Position numbers and translations under genes: made by a program. A stretch of 64,000 bases of DNA from a virus (lineage: Duplodnaviria; Caudoviricetes). The stretch lies in IMG/VR virus record IMGVR_UViG_3300044693_000070, positions 1,978 through 65,977 of that record, one strand, 5' to 3'. Below the pieces are notes generated by a model. That model worked only from the letters and a program-made list of their open reading frames with translations. It searched no databases and was not told the origin of the DNA. This document shows positions 63,989 to 64,000 of this stretch, piece by piece. Position 1 is the stretch's first letter. Each line of letters starts with the position of its first letter.

Positions 63989-64000
63989 GCTCTGCGGACC
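63989..64000 (-). other. probable 12-nt cohesive end (cos)
   Basis: Last 12 nt read GGTCCGCAGAGC on the minus strand, one mismatch from the phage chi cos as I recall it (GGTGCGCAGAGC). Confidence 0.75.

Larger units (their letters stand above)
1..64000. mobile_element. Chi/Nazgul-like siphophage genome (near complete, reverse orientation, probably lytic)
   Basis: Lambda-type terminase/portal/S49/capsid, tape measure, replication and lysis modules in chi-like order; chi-like cos 12-mer at the right end; no host genes or integrase seen. Confidence 0.93.

Noticed and set aside
1-64000. Integrase, CI repressor, tRNA, DNA methylase, reverse transcriptase or invertase
   Set aside because: No supporting motifs found by eye in this window; genes beyond the left edge cannot be excluded.

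Overview
The whole window is one tailed dsDNA phage genome, about 63% GC by eye, written in reverse of the usual map orientation. Gene content and order match the chi/BcepNazgul-like siphoviruses (Casjensviridae-type). Reading from the right end: a 12-nt terminus nearly identical to the chi cohesive end; primase-helicase and Cro-like genes on the + strand; a leftward replication operon (Cas4-like exonuclease, SSB, family-B DNA polymerase, VRR-NUC, SNF2 helicase); lambda-type terminase, portal, S49 protease, decoration and capsid genes; tail, tape measure and a long tail-tip/fibre cluster; a lysis cassette; a rightward accessory block (4.4-17.7 kb, including a dUTPase fusion and RdgC); and a short leftward, compositionally distinct block (1-3.7 kb) that is cut by the window edge. 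I see no integrase, CI-like immunity region, tRNA or CRISPR array. The most unusual observations are: (1) 13 unrelated, mostly DNA-transaction proteins share an acidic-[L/I] C-terminal tag (DDDL/DDEL/DDDI); (2) the tail-tip protein is split in mid-domain at a CCC-UGA +1 frameshift-type site, with two alternative downstream modules that start with a near-identical 21-bp sequence; (3) four sigma70 promoters each contain the same 19-bp palindromic operator; (4) a recurrent GTATAA(A) element lies upstream of late modules; (5) the putative holin has a Cle-type YxGPxRR motif; (6) the leftmost, probably first-injected, segment is depleted in GATC, TCGA and AGCT. All functional calls come from motif recognition by eye, not from database searches.
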